Source of the DNA: Candidatus Marinacidobacterales bacterium
GTDB lineage: Bacteria; Acidobacteriota; Vicinamibacteria; Marinacidobacterales; DATDRI01
Direction: 5' to 3'
Assembly (NCBI GenBank): GCA_965226495.1
Contig: OZ245365.1
Location: 288,001 to 352,000 of the forward strand
DNA length: 64,000 nucleotides
Position 1 is the stretch's first letter. Each line of letters starts with the position of its first letter. This document shows, in pieces, positions 37,628 to 47,960 of the stretch. Below the pieces are notes generated by a model. That model did no database searches and was not told the DNA's origin. It saw nothing but the letters and a program-made list of their open reading frames with translations. The position numbers and the translations under genes are program-made.

Positions 37628-38911
37628 TTATGCTTGGGAGGAGCGGGGTAATGAATCCGGGAGCCCGGAAACAGGTCGTACGTCCTTGGCTTTTAGGAGC
37701 CGAAGATAGAGCTGATCCAGGTCGGTCAGGAGGCGCTCCAGGCTGAACCGGCGCAGGACGCTTTCCCTCGCCAGCTCGGCCAGCCCGGTTTGAGCTGCCG
37801 AGCGACCCTCCGGGGTGAGGGAGTGGGTGATAGCCTCCGCCAAAGCCTCTGGGTCGCGCGGCGGCACCAATCGCCCGAGTCGGCCGTCCTCGAGAAGGTC
37901 CGGTGTTCCACCCACTCGCGTCGCCACGACGGGTACTCCAGCCGCCATCGCTTCGATCAAAGCGACCGGCGTTCCTTCGTTCAAAGAACAGTTGATCGCA
38001 AGGTCCAGATCGGCGTAGATGCGCTCTAGGTCGGTGCGAAAGCCCAGGAAACGGACTCTCGAACCGAGCTTGAGGCGGTCCGCTTCTCTTTCTAGCGCGG
38101 GCCGTTGATCGCCATCCCCGACCACGAGTAAGACTGCCTCTGGGCATGTGGTTGAGACCCGGACTATGGCTTCCAAGAGAGTACCGAGATCTTTGATGAG
38201 GACCAGTCTCCCCACGCACCCCACAAGGGGAGCATCGGCCGCTAGGCCCAGCTCGTGCCGCAACTCGCCCCGGTATTGAGACACGTGCTCGAATCGATTG
38301 AGCTCCAGGCCCAGAGGAATCACTTCGATCTTGGATCTAGGTGCAATCTTTCGCTCCTCGAGATCTTCGGCGACTCGCCGGCTCACGGCGAGAATGGCAT
38401 CGGTGCCGAGAGCCATGGTGCGCTCGATCAACTGGAAGAATCGAGACGTGAAAGAGCCGAAATACCCTGCGAACACGGAGCCATGAAACGTGTGTACGAT
38501 CACCGGCACTCCCGCAAGGCGAGCCGCGAGTCGTCCGAGCGCTCCGGCCTTGGCGGTATGCGTGTGGACGATGTCGGGTCGCCGCTGCTTCATTAGCGTG
38601 AAGAGCTTGACGAAAGTGATGAAGTCTCGAAGCGGTCGGATTCGCCGACCGAAGGTTGGGATGATGCGATAGGCAGCTTCTCTTGACTTGGCCAGATCGG
38701 TGAAGTTTCCTTCGCGCTCGTCCTCTTTCCCGACAACCAACAGAGAGTCGTAGCGCTTCGGATCGAGACCGGCCGTCGTGAGGATAACGTGTATCGCTGG
38801 TCCGCCAATGTTCAACCGCGAAAAGAGACGGAGCACTCGGATTCGCCGGTTCGCGATGTTTGGCGGACCCACCTCGGGTGAAGGGCGGCTAGCGAAGGCG
38901 ATATTTTGCAT
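37628..38911 (-). CDS. GT4 glycosyltransferase
   Basis: RLNIGGPA, HTHTAKAG, VGRLV.IK and NEGTPVALIEAMAAG; start uncertain. Confidence 0.92.
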   Translation of the reverse strand: MQNIAFASRPSPEVGPPNIANRRIRVLRLFSRLNIGGPAIHVILTTAGLDPKRYDSLLVVGKEDEREGNFTDLAKSREAAYRIIPTFGRRIRPLRDFITFVKLFTLMKQRRPDIVHTHTAKAGALGRLAARLAGVPVIVHTFHGSVFAGYFGSFTSRFFQLIERTMALGTDAILAVSRRVAEDLEERKIAPRSKIEVIPLGLELNRFEHVSQYRGELRHELGLAADAPLVGCVGRLVLIKDLGTLLEAIVRVSTTCPEAVLLVVGDGDQRPALEREADRLKLGSRVRFLGFRTDLERIYADLDLAINCSLNEGTPVALIEAMAAGVPVVATRVGGTPDLLEDGRLGRLVPPRDPEALAEAITHSLTPEGRSAAQTGLAELARESVLRRFSLERLLTDLDQLYLRLLKAKDVRPVSGLPDSLPRSSQA

Positions 38912-39032
38912 CTTCCTTGAACGAAGCAACCCCCATGCCATAAGGGCCTCCCTCTCCCCTTGCGAGACTGGGGGCGTCAAGAAATGCCGTGCCGCTATCA
39001 ATGACGTCAGACGCCGGGAGAGGGGGTGGTGA

Positions 39033-39164
39033 CCACTAAGGCCCCCTCTCTCCCCTTTGGGGGAGAGCGCTGGGGCCACTAAGGTCTCCCTCTCCCCTTT
39101 GGGGAGAGGGTTGGGGCCGCTAAAGTCTCCCTCTCCCCTTTGGGGAGAGGGTTGGGGTGAGGGG
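39033..39164. repeat. Tandem REP-like palindromes (three units of ~41-43 bp)
   Basis: CCCTCTCCCC-TTT-GGGGAGAGGG core repeated; degenerate copy near 38940. Confidence 0.85.
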
Positions 39165-39190
39165 ATGGTAGTTCGTCAAGAGAACGAAAC

Positions 39191-39769
39191 CTAAATCCAC
39201 CCACGTCCCAAGTAGTAGGCTAGCTTCGCGTACTCGGAAAAAACGATCCTCGCGCTGAACGAGTTCCGCCACCAACCCTCGGGCTTCCAGAAACTCGGCT
39301 CGGCGGGGCTGTTGAACACCGTCACCTGGTTACCGAAAGACTTCCGCGCCGCCAAAAAGGCTCTTCTCTGGTGGTAGGGATGGGTCACCAATGTTAGTGA
39401 ACGGATCTGGTGACTCTTGAGGATGGGAAGAACAAACACAACCGATTCGTGAGTGCTCCTCGAACGATCCTCAAGCACTAGCTTGTCGGCTGGGACCCCT
39501 CTCGCGATGGCATGTTGCGCCAAACTGCTAGCGTGGTCGCCGCCGCCTGGTTCGCCACCGCAGAGAACCAGTCGGGCAACGAGCCCATTTTTGTACAAGC
39601 GCACGGCGTGCTCGGTTCGCTCGTAACCGGGGTCCCCCCCGAAAACCATAGCGGCGTCGGCGCGAGTAGGTGGGTCTCGAAGCACAAGTGCGTGTGAAGT
39701 GAGATCGCTCATGGCGAGAACCCCAATACATCCTATCGACGCGCATGCGACCAAAAGCCATATACGCAT
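39191..39769 (-). CDS. YdcF/DUF218 (ElyC-like) protein
   Basis: ADAA.VFGG, LVLCGG, EDRSRSTHE, LVT.PYHQRRA and EYAKL. Confidence 0.88.
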   Translation of the reverse strand: MRIWLLVACASIGCIGVLAMSDLTSHALVLRDPPTRADAAMVFGGDPGYERTEHAVRLYKNGLVARLVLCGGEPGGGDHASSLAQHAIARGVPADKLVLEDRSRSTHESVVFVLPILKSHQIRSLTLVTHPYHQRRAFLAARKSFGNQVTVFNSPAEPSFWKPEGWWRNSFSARIVFSEYAKLAYYLGRGWI

Positions 39770-39848
39770 ACGGTTCGGATACCTTGCTAGTACGTGAATC
39801 AAGTTGGCTACCTACGTTGAGGTGGCTAAGTACCTGGACCCTGCGATG

Positions 39849-41711
39849 TCAAAAGGTTCTCATCCACATTTCGAGTGTGAGCCAGGAGAAGAGCCGATGG
39901 CCAAAGTCTCTTTCTCCGCTAAGGTGGGCGTTTAGATGGGAGGTTACGATCTCTGGCCGCACGTGTTGGAAGAGCCGAGATTCCCGATCGGTCAGATGAT
40001 CTGCAACCAAGGGTCGTAACGGCCCCCGGAACCAGGAACCCAGGGGCACACCGAAACCCATCTTGCTACGATTCAGAATTGGTTTCGGTATGATGTCCTT
40101 GAACGCCTCCCGCAAGATGTATTTGGTCGTAGTCCCATGGAGCTTGAATCGATCGGGGAGTCGCCCTGCGAACTCCACGAGAGCAGTGTCCAAGAACGGC
40201 GATCGGGCTTCCAGTCCATGTGCCATCGTCGCGCGATCCATCTTGACCAGAAGATCTTCGGGCAAGTATGTGCAGAAATTTAGATAGAGTAGGCGTGCAA
40301 GTGTTGTCCCCTCGGCGGCCTCTGAAAAGGGCACGCGGAAACATTCCTCCACGTCGCGATCGAGAGCCTCGGGGTCGGGAAGCATCAGATCTTGTGCCGC
40401 ATTTGGAAAGACGCTGCACCAAGTTTGGAATCGTTTTTCCAATGGCAGCGAGGCTACCTCGAGGAACCGCTTGATACGTCTCAGTGGGTTGGTCCGGTCT
40501 GGCGGTTCTGGGCAAAGACTTGCGAGCCTTGCTCCGCATTTCTTCAACCACATCGGCAGTCGTTCCGCGGCTACTGCACCTACGAACCGTTGGTAACCCG
40601 CGAAGAGTTCGTCGCCACCGTCGCCATTGAGCACAACGGTTACATGCTCGCGCGCGAGCTTTGAAACGATATAGGTAGGAATCGCCGACGAGTCGCCGAA
40701 GGGCCCATCGTAGTGCTGAACCAGTTGCTCGAGGAAATCTTGATCCGGCGGCTGAACCTTGAACGTTGTGTGTTCCGTTTGGAACGCCTTCGCCGCCATC
40801 TCAGCATAGCCAGTCTCGTCATAGTCGGGAGCGCCCTCGAAGCCGATACTGAATGTTCGAATGGGCTGCTGGACCTGGCGGCTCATTAGCCCGACTACAA
40901 GCGTGGAATCCAGTCCTCCGCTCAAGAATGCGCCAAGTGGGACGTCCGCGACTAGTCGGCGGACTACGGCCTGTTGCATTAGGTGGCGAAGCTGCTCGAC
41001 TGCGTCCTGTTTGCGGCTCGTTCCATTTGTCTCGAAAGGCGGCGACCAGTAGCGGTGTTCGCGCATTGCCCCTCGGACTTCCACGCTAAGAACCGTGGCC
41101 GGAGAAAGCTTGCGGATCCCGCGATACCCGCTGCTCGGCGCAGGGAAGTAACCGTAAGTGAGATAAAAGGGCAACGCGTCGAGATCCGGCTCTCTTCCGA
41201 TCGCCGGGTGAGCGTGTAGAGCCTTGGCTTCGGACGCGAAGGCGAACCGGTACGAATCGTGGTAGTAGAAGAGCGGTTTTTTTCCGGCGCGGTCACGAGC
41301 CAGAGTAAGCAAGCCGTTTCGCTGATCCCAAATGCCGAGGGCAAACATCCCGTCGAGCTGCGGTATCGCGTCGGCCCCGAGTCGCTCATATAACCTCAGG
41401 ATGACTTCGGTGTCGCTACGAGTGTGGAAGCTGCACCCTTGTTGCTCTAGTTTTTTTCGAAGTTCCTGGAAGTTGTAGATCTCCCCGTTGAAAACGATGC
41501 CCACGGAGCGGTCCTCGTTCCACATGGGTTGGTCGGCCTGCTCAGAAAGGTCAATGACCCGCAGCCGAGCATGACCAAAGCCGATCGGATGCCTTGAGTC
41601 CACGCGCACGCCATCTGGTCCCCTATGGGAGATGGTATCGACCATCCGTCTCAGGTTCTGAAGCTCGGCCGGGCGTTCACCGAACTCCAGCGTGCCGACT
41701 ATGCCACACAT
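39849..41711 (-). CDS. asnB: Asparagine synthase-like glutamine amidotransferase (glycan amidation type)
   Basis: MCGI, HRGPD, FNGEIYN, FLSGGLDS, GDGGDELF.GY and LE.RSPFLD. Confidence 0.93.
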   Translation of the reverse strand: MCGIVGTLEFGERPAELQNLRRMVDTISHRGPDGVRVDSRHPIGFGHARLRVIDLSEQADQPMWNEDRSVGIVFNGEIYNFQELRKKLEQQGCSFHTRSDTEVILRLYERLGADAIPQLDGMFALGIWDQRNGLLTLARDRAGKKPLFYYHDSYRFAFASEAKALHAHPAIGREPDLDALPFYLTYGYFPAPSSGYRGIRKLSPATVLSVEVRGAMREHRYWSPPFETNGTSRKQDAVEQLRHLMQQAVVRRLVADVPLGAFLSGGLDSTLVVGLMSRQVQQPIRTFSIGFEGAPDYDETGYAEMAAKAFQTEHTTFKVQPPDQDFLEQLVQHYDGPFGDSSAIPTYIVSKLAREHVTVVLNGDGGDELFAGYQRFVGAVAAERLPMWLKKCGARLASLCPEPPDRTNPLRRIKRFLEVASLPLEKRFQTWCSVFPNAAQDLMLPDPEALDRDVEECFRVPFSEAAEGTTLARLLYLNFCTYLPEDLLVKMDRATMAHGLEARSPFLDTALVEFAGRLPDRFKLHGTTTKYILREAFKDIIPKPILNRSKMGFGVPLGSWFRGPLRPLVADHLTDRESRLFQHVRPEIVTSHLNAHLSGERDFGHRLFSWLTLEMWMRTF

Positions 41712-41716
41712 GGTAT

Positions 41717-42853
41717 TTACTTCTTCTCCATTGACCGCGCCGTCAGGGAATTGTTTTTGGCACCATCTACACACGCTCTGAGGATGTGTCCCACTCGTGG
41801 GGCCTGGACTTTGGCTGAGTACCAAGACTCGACCGCTTTCCGACCCGCCATGCCGAGTCTTTGGCGAAGGCTGGTGGACTCGAGGAGAGCTCGGAGCTTC
41901 GTCGCCCATTCGTTAGCATCGCCGGCCAAGAAACCGTTTCTGTCGTCTGAAATCGCCTCCGCCGCCCCACCGATGGGAGACGCGATGGCCGGGATTCCGA
42001 GGGCCATGTATTGCAGCTCCTTCATAGCGCCTTTACCTCGGCTCCAAGGGTCGTCAGGCAAGGGCTTGATGCCTATGTCGATATCCTGGAGATCGGAGAC
42101 CTCGGTTCGAGCGTTCCAAGGGATGGCTTTTACATTTACGCCTGGCAAAGTGAACCCAGGTGCGCCGACCATTTTTAGCTCGAAACGATAGGTGCGAGCG
42201 AGATCTCTGAGCACCGGCGCGAGCACTTTCACGTAGGACGCCGTACTGTGACTACCGGTCCAGCCGACGATCGGAACATCGTTGGGTGCTCGCGGTATGA
42301 CGCGGTAGTCATCGGTTTCGATGGTCGTTGGGACTTGGTGCACGATGCGACTATGTAGACGTGCGTATTCCTCCAAGTAATTGTTATTGACCATCACGTG
42401 TTGAGCTATCTTGCAGATGGTTGCTGTTTTTCCTGGGCACTTTAGGTAGCTCAAGTAACCGTTGGTCGGGCTCTTGTACCGCACGAAGACGGCGTCATCG
42501 AAGTCGTAGACCAGGGGTACGCCTTTGGCTCGTAGCCAGCGTTCAAAGATCGCGGGGCCGATGAGGGCGGCCTCCCGGAGCAGATACACCGCGTCGTAGT
42601 AAGGCAGGTGGAGGAGTCGGGTCAGCCTCCTGAGCAATGCCTTTCCGAGACCCCAACCCTTGCGAACGAGCGCTCCTTGCCGATAGAGCACTGCGTGCAA
42701 ATCCTCGTTCTCGAACGGCAAGAACTCGACCGAGATGCCTTCCCCCGCGAGACGCGGTGCCCATTGCTCCATCCGAAACCGTTGCCCTGGAGACGTGTCG
42801 AATATACTTGGCACCATAGCTAGTACCTTGATTTCCTTGTTTTCGCGCTTCAT
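41717..42853 (-). CDS. GT4 glycosyltransferase
   Basis: SPGQRFR, YDFDDA, GWTGS and K..QYMALGIP. Confidence 0.9.
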   Translation of the reverse strand: MKRENKEIKVLAMVPSIFDTSPGQRFRMEQWAPRLAGEGISVEFLPFENEDLHAVLYRQGALVRKGWGLGKALLRRLTRLLHLPYYDAVYLLREAALIGPAIFERWLRAKGVPLVYDFDDAVFVRYKSPTNGYLSYLKCPGKTATICKIAQHVMVNNNYLEEYARLHSRIVHQVPTTIETDDYRVIPRAPNDVPIVGWTGSHSTASYVKVLAPVLRDLARTYRFELKMVGAPGFTLPGVNVKAIPWNARTEVSDLQDIDIGIKPLPDDPWSRGKGAMKELQYMALGIPAIASPIGGAAEAISDDRNGFLAGDANEWATKLRALLESTSLRQRLGMAGRKAVESWYSAKVQAPRVGHILRACVDGAKNNSLTARSMEKK

Positions 42854-42856
42854 GGG

Positions 42857-44125
42857 CTACGTCAGACAGGTCTCGGGCCTACCACGTTCCGTCAGCAAGG
42901 ATTGGTAAACGTCCAGGTAGCTGGCGCACCCTTTGTCTAGGGAGAAATGCAGATCAGCGGCGCGGCGGCAGGCCTCGTCCTGGGCGACTTGCTTCGAAAC
43001 GAAGTCAAACGCCCTCGCGGCCGCCGAAGTCATTCCTGTTGCCGAGAAATCCGAAACCACGACGCCAGCGTGTTCTCGAACAAGGATCTGTTCTACATCC
43101 CCGACGCCGGAATTGGTCACCACGGGGACACCTGCGGCGAGGAATTCACCCAGTTTTGTAAAGCAAGATGCCTGGGCTGCGTAGCTCGGTTGAAGAAAGA
43201 AGATGCCAAGCTTGAAGAGAGATAACCAGTCAGGCACTTCATCAGGGGTGGCTTCCACCGCCACGAGGTCTGACGGAGCGAGTCCTTCCTGTTGAGCGAC
43301 ACGGAAAAGAGGCGTGGGGTCCTGGCGAGTCAGGTACACGAAGCGCAGCTGCGGCAAATGCTCTTTAAGTCGTGCCGCGAATCGAAACATTTCAGGAAGC
43401 AAGTAACGACGGTTTATTGCGCCGATGTTGCCGACCACGAATTTGTCGATCAATCCGTGACGTTCCGCCAGTTCGACGTTCGGTTCGTTAGCTGAGAACC
43501 GATTCTGATCGACGCAACAAGGGATCACGGCGATCTCACGTGGATGCTCCTGCCAGTGAGGCGAGGCCTCTAGGACTTCCTTCGCGCGCTGTGACAGGAC
43601 TACCAAGTGGTCGGCGTGCCTGAAGAAGAGGCTTTCCATCCACTTGGATAGCCGAAAGAGGACCCCCTTTGGCGGAAAGATCCCCAATTCAACGCGCTCC
43701 TCCGGCCAAAACCCTCTCATGTCGAACAGGAACCGAGCTCCACTAAGCCACTTTACGGTGAGTGCCATCAGTGCCGGGACGTAACTTCTAGCATGTACGA
43801 TTCGAGCGCGTCTCTGCCTAGCTTCGCGAACGCATACCCATGTGCCTAGGACTAGGTCGAACAGTGTGGACACGAGCCGTGGGCGGGGATGATAGGTGAG
43901 GCGAGTCCACGTGACACCGTGCGACTGGAGCTGCTTGTCCAGGCGCTTCCGGCTCACGACATCGGCAAGATCGGTCTTCTTTTCGAAGGAGATCACGTGC
44001 ATCCCCACACCCGAGTCGGCCAAGGAGATCACATAAGGAAGGACTTGTGACTGCCCGAGCGGCTCGAGCAAGCCATCGTATGAAACAAAGAGTCCCCGTT
44101 CGGGAGAGTTATGTCGCGGACTCAA
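42857..44125 (-). CDS. GT4 glycosyltransferase
   Basis: YDGLLEPLGQSQV, HARSY, FDMRGFW and TKLGEFLA.G.P; start uncertain. Confidence 0.88.
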   Translation of the reverse strand: MSPRHNSPERGLFVSYDGLLEPLGQSQVLPYVISLADSGVGMHVISFEKKTDLADVVSRKRLDKQLQSHGVTWTRLTYHPRPRLVSTLFDLVLGTWVCVREARQRRARIVHARSYVPALMALTVKWLSGARFLFDMRGFWPEERVELGIFPPKGVLFRLSKWMESLFFRHADHLVVLSQRAKEVLEASPHWQEHPREIAVIPCCVDQNRFSANEPNVELAERHGLIDKFVVGNIGAINRRYLLPEMFRFAARLKEHLPQLRFVYLTRQDPTPLFRVAQQEGLAPSDLVAVEATPDEVPDWLSLFKLGIFFLQPSYAAQASCFTKLGEFLAAGVPVVTNSGVGDVEQILVREHAGVVVSDFSATGMTSAAARAFDFVSKQVAQDEACRRAADLHFSLDKGCASYLDVYQSLLTERGRPETCLT

Positions 44126-44888
44126 GAAGTTCTCCCAGCTTCTCTGGACGCCATCTATCGGCGGCCACTTCCTCGGCACCAACGTCATCGGGAAGGTCGA
44201 CGCGTGTCTTTCGAGTGAGGAGGCGCATCCCGCGTTCGTCCAGTACCTTGACCGAGCGAGCCGGATTCCCAGCGAAGAGAACGCCTCGACCGCGAAGCTC
44301 GTCTATTACGACCGACCCCAAACCGACGACGCAGTAGGAGGGGATGTCGGCGCCAGGAGCCAAGCGTACTTCGGAGCCGAGGTAAACGAAGTTCCCAATT
44401 GAAATGGGGCGGGTCCACTGGCGGCTATGCGTCCAAAGCGACGAGTGACGCCCACCCAAGATGCTCCGGACGCCGATCGTGACCGCGTCCGTGAAATCAA
44501 TCCAGTGGCCCGTCGTAATTACGCTTCCGGGCCCGAGTTGGAACTCTGGTCGGACTGGTGTTTCTGCATCGGGCTCTGGAATGGAATTGATCACGTTGGT
44601 GCGGAAGATCTCAGCGTAGCGGCCGACGTGGATGCTGGCACCGCCGCGGAAGAGGTTCAAATGCCCGATGCGGACATGGTCTTCGATGACGAGCTGGTCG
44701 GTCCTCCAAAAAAGGTTGAAGTGACCTATTTGAGTTCCATCATCAATGCGACAGCTCTCCACCACCAGGGGCGAGAGACCGAGTCGCACGCCGCTGCCAA
44801 TTTTGTAGCCGCAGAGATGACGATAGATGGGCTTCTTGAGCCACCCGGGCAGAAGGGCCAACAGACAGTGAGAGGCGAGACGTAACAC
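44109..44888 (-). CDS. Hexapeptide-repeat (LbH) acyltransferase
   Basis: Repeated IG..V.IG hexapeptides, GSVV and AGNPA. Confidence 0.85.
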   Translation of the reverse strand: MLRLASHCLLALLPGWLKKPIYRHLCGYKIGSGVRLGLSPLVVESCRIDDGTQIGHFNLFWRTDQLVIEDHVRIGHLNLFRGGASIHVGRYAEIFRTNVINSIPEPDAETPVRPEFQLGPGSVITTGHWIDFTDAVTIGVRSILGGRHSSLWTHSRQWTRPISIGNFVYLGSEVRLAPGADIPSYCVVGLGSVVIDELRGRGVLFAGNPARSVKVLDERGMRLLTRKTRVDLPDDVGAEEVAADRWRPEKLGELLESAT

Positions 44889-44966
44889 GACCCGAGAAAC
44901 CAGTGCAAGGCATATGCCAGCGCAAGTGCTTGCGCTTGGCGCTACCCCGTAGGGGAAACCACACGT

Positions 44967-46232
44967 CTACGGAAGGACGGGCCGAGGTTCGAGAGATTCT
45001 TCTGGCGTTTCTCGGGTCCTTTGTTTCTTGAGACCGTCAGCAATGAAGAGGAAGTAGAACATCATAATTTGCGTACGCTGACGATACGCCGTACCAGCGT
45101 TTCCGAGAAAAGCCCCATAGGCGAGAGTAAGCGAGGCCGTGAAGACCAGGATGGGCAGCGACTGGCCCAAGCGTTCTTTGACCGCCGACTTCAGGCCGAT
45201 CAATAGCGCCGGCATTAGTGCATACCATATTAGAATATCGGGCAAAGATAGGAGCTGCCGGAAGCTCGACACCGTCCATGGAAACGGCGCGAAAAGCAAG
45301 TACGCGACCCCCATGGGCAGCACCCGAAGAAGTCCAGATGTCGTCGACACGTCGGCGTCTCGCGCATAGCCCGTGTCGGCCCGAGCGGCAAGATCGCTTC
45401 GAGAGGTTTGGAGCATCTGCAAATCGAGGAAGCGGCTCTGACTGATCATTTCTTTGCCCGCAGGTGTTAATAAGAGTAAAACGATCATTGCGGTTACGAC
45501 CGCCATTTGGGACAGGAGCCGGAAGGCCAAGCTCCGGCGCGAGCTGATAAAGAATCCCGCTACGGTCGCACCAGCAATAGCGAAGAAGATGTAGAACCGT
45601 AACCAGATCAGAGAAGCCGTTGCCAATAGGTAAACGACCAAGGTGCCGAACTGGAACTGGTTCTTCAGACGCACGAGCGCCCAAATGCTCAAGGCGATAC
45701 AGAGCATCACAGCCGCGTCCTTGTAGAGTGCAGCGGACCAAAAGATCATCTGAGGAAAGAATGCGGTGAATAGCATCGCCCTTCTGGCCGTCTGAAAGTC
45801 ATACAAACGAAGGCCCAGATCGAAAATGACGACCGCTGTGAGGGCGCCAATAATACCGTTGAGAAACTGCACGAGAAGCGTGTTGCGTCCGAATACGTAG
45901 TAAATGACACCGACGAAGTAGATAAAGCCCCGATTGGCGTGTCCCTCGACCGTCTGCGTCCAGCCGGTCGAGCCGGCTTCCCCCGCCCAGAACTGGGCGA
46001 CTGCAGCACCCAGGGCGTCGTAGGTTGCGGAATCGCCCCAGAACATCGTTGCAAAGCCCAAATCCGCATGGTTCAGCCAGAGAAAAATGGCCAGCAGGTA
46101 ACGAAGCCCGACGGTGGCCAAATACGTATTGGCGACAGTGGAGTAGACCTCTTGACGATAATGAGGCTTCAGGCACGAAAGGACGGCCACGTTGGCCATG
46201 GCCGCAACGAAGAAGGCTACAAGAACGTCCAT
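44967..46232 (-). CDS. Polytopic membrane GT-C protein, putative Wzy polymerase
   Basis: About eleven TM segments; GDS..YD, KD, FAPFPW and N.GTAYR.R. Confidence 0.65.
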   Translation of the reverse strand: MDVLVAFFVAAMANVAVLSCLKPHYRQEVYSTVANTYLATVGLRYLLAIFLWLNHADLGFATMFWGDSATYDALGAAVAQFWAGEAGSTGWTQTVEGHANRGFIYFVGVIYYVFGRNTLLVQFLNGIIGALTAVVIFDLGLRLYDFQTARRAMLFTAFFPQMIFWSAALYKDAAVMLCIALSIWALVRLKNQFQFGTLVVYLLATASLIWLRFYIFFAIAGATVAGFFISSRRSLAFRLLSQMAVVTAMIVLLLLTPAGKEMISQSRFLDLQMLQTSRSDLAARADTGYARDADVSTTSGLLRVLPMGVAYLLFAPFPWTVSSFRQLLSLPDILIWYALMPALLIGLKSAVKERLGQSLPILVFTASLTLAYGAFLGNAGTAYRQRTQIMMFYFLFIADGLKKQRTRETPEESLEPRPVLP

Positions 46233-46286
46233 AGACTACAACCTGTGGAGCAGAAGTGATGTCTCGTTGGACACGGTTAGTTTGAA

Positions 46287-46302
46287 CGGCACTGTTCTTG
46301 CT
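46287..46302 (+). promoter_or_regulatory. Possible sigma54 promoter
   Basis: CGGCACTGTTCTTGCT. Confidence 0.5.
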
Positions 46303-46349
46303 ACTGGCTTCCGTCGAGAGCCTGACTCTTGAGTAGCTGTGGCAACGAG

Positions 46350-46365
46350 TGCAATACGCGTTCCA
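46350..46365 (-). promoter_or_regulatory. Sigma54 promoter for the leftward glycan operon
   Basis: TGGAACGCGTATTGCA. Confidence 0.6.
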
Positions 46366-46638
46366 GCCGTTGCCCGCAACAGTAATGCCCAGAGTTGCGA
46401 CGGGATGCTCCGATTCCGCGACAAACCGAGGGGTGGTACCTACATCTCGGATGGCAAGATTGGGGGAGTTTCCCCCCGACATCGGAAGGTTGGGGCCGAC
46501 TAGTCGTATGGCAGCATAGACTATGGCCTTCAGATCGAGCGGAACGCTGTCCTCCGGAAGGGAGTTCCCCGGCTTTTTCCAGGAGCAGATCCCGTACTTT
46601 CTTCTAGTCCAGAAGATCGAGTGAAAAGCCGGTGCCGA

Positions 46639-46654
46639 TGGCAAGTTTTTTGCT
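46639..46654 (+). promoter_or_regulatory. Sigma54 promoter for the rightward glycan operon
   Basis: TGGCAAGTTTTTTGCT, 40 bp before the GTG start with a GGAGG RBS. Confidence 0.65.
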
Positions 46655-46693
46655 TGCTTTAGTTTCTACGGAACCGACCAGGAGGGGTAACGT

Positions 46694-47956
46694 GTGTCAC
46701 GCGGCGCCCTCGCGACGAGGACTCCGAGCCATCGCTTCCGCAAAACATTGCACGTAGCCATAGTCGATACAACTCTGACCAAGCTACCCACGGGCGGCGC
46801 GCAGACCTTTCTCTTGGATCTAACTCGAGGCTTGCGCGAAAAGGGTTGGAAGCTAACGGTCGTTACCGAGCGGGGGGACAGTGACTCCCTTGTATGGGAG
46901 TTGACGGCAGCTGATGTCACGGTTCTGGATAACGTTTGGAAGATTCGCCATCTTCCGGAAGAGCGCAGTGTTCGCCTCGCAGAAGCTATAAATCGGCAAC
47001 GACCGGACGTGTACGTGATCTCAATCTCTCCCGATGCCGGTTGGTTAGCGCTGCCTCTCCTCGACTCAAGAATCGCGACGATGACGATTGCTCATAATGA
47101 TGTAAACGCGTTTTATGCTCCGCTTCGGTACTACGGGGACTTCATTGACCGCAGCGTCGGTGTGAGCCGGGAGACGCACCGAAGGATCACTGAAGAATGC
47201 GGAATTCCTCCACAGAGGGTATGGCAGATTCCGTACGGCGTGCATTCGGTGACGGAGGAGGAAGCCGCCAAGAGGTGCAGTAGAGAGAATGGCGGGCCAC
47301 TGAAGATTGGCTACGTGGGTCGACTCGAGCAGTATCAAAAACGGGTGCCCGATCTCGTTCCGATCGCCGCTCGACTGAACTCTAAGGGCGTTGCCTTCGA
47401 ATTACACCTCGTCGGGGATGGTTCGATCCGGCGGCGCCTGGAGGCCCAGTTTCAGAAACAGGGGCTTCGCGAGCTGGTTCGTTTTTGGGGCTGGCTAGCT
47501 CCGATACAGGTGAGGGAGCGCCTTGCCAACCTCGATGTGTTCGTTCTCCCATCCGATCACGAGGGCTTGCCGGTCGCCCTTCTGGAGGCGATGAGCCAAG
47601 TGGTAGCTCCGTTAGTGACGAACATTGCGAGCGGGAACACGGAGCTGGTGAGTGAGGGTGAGAATGGTCACCTGCTTGAGGTTGGTGACATCGATGGTTT
47701 CGTTGGCCGGCTCGAAACCCTGGCCCGGAAGCCGGGGCACTTGAAGCAACTAAGGCGCGCCGCCTGGGAGACGAGCCGCCAATACGGGATCGGTCGCATG
47801 GTCGAAAGCTACGAAGAGTGTATCCAACAAATAACCACTTCCAAACAAAACCAGGAGCGATCCCGCCCGCCCGCGTCATTCCCGGTCATGCCCTCCTGTC
47901 GATCGAGTTACCCGAACTGGCTCCGAAAGATCAAGTGGGCGCTTGCGGGAGTTTGA
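46694..47956 (+). CDS. GT4 glycosyltransferase
   Basis: GGAQTF, YVGRL...QK and PS.HEGLPVALLEAM. Confidence 0.92.
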   Translation: MSRGALATRTPSHRFRKTLHVAIVDTTLTKLPTGGAQTFLLDLTRGLREKGWKLTVVTERGDSDSLVWELTAADVTVLDNVWKIRHLPEERSVRLAEAINRQRPDVYVISISPDAGWLALPLLDSRIATMTIAHNDVNAFYAPLRYYGDFIDRSVGVSRETHRRITEECGIPPQRVWQIPYGVHSVTEEEAAKRCSRENGGPLKIGYVGRLEQYQKRVPDLVPIAARLNSKGVAFELHLVGDGSIRRRLEAQFQKQGLRELVRFWGWLAPIQVRERLANLDVFVLPSDHEGLPVALLEAMSQVVAPLVTNIASGNTELVSEGENGHLLEVGDIDGFVGRLETLARKPGHLKQLRRAAWETSRQYGIGRMVESYEECIQQITTSKQNQERSRPPASFPVMPSCRSSYPNWLRKIKWALAGV

Positions 47957-47960
47957 ACCA

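Noticed and set aside
39849-41711. AsnB as a lasso peptide cyclase
   Set aside because: Intact N-terminal Cys glutaminase domain, embedded among glycosyltransferases; no B1/B2 or precursor seen
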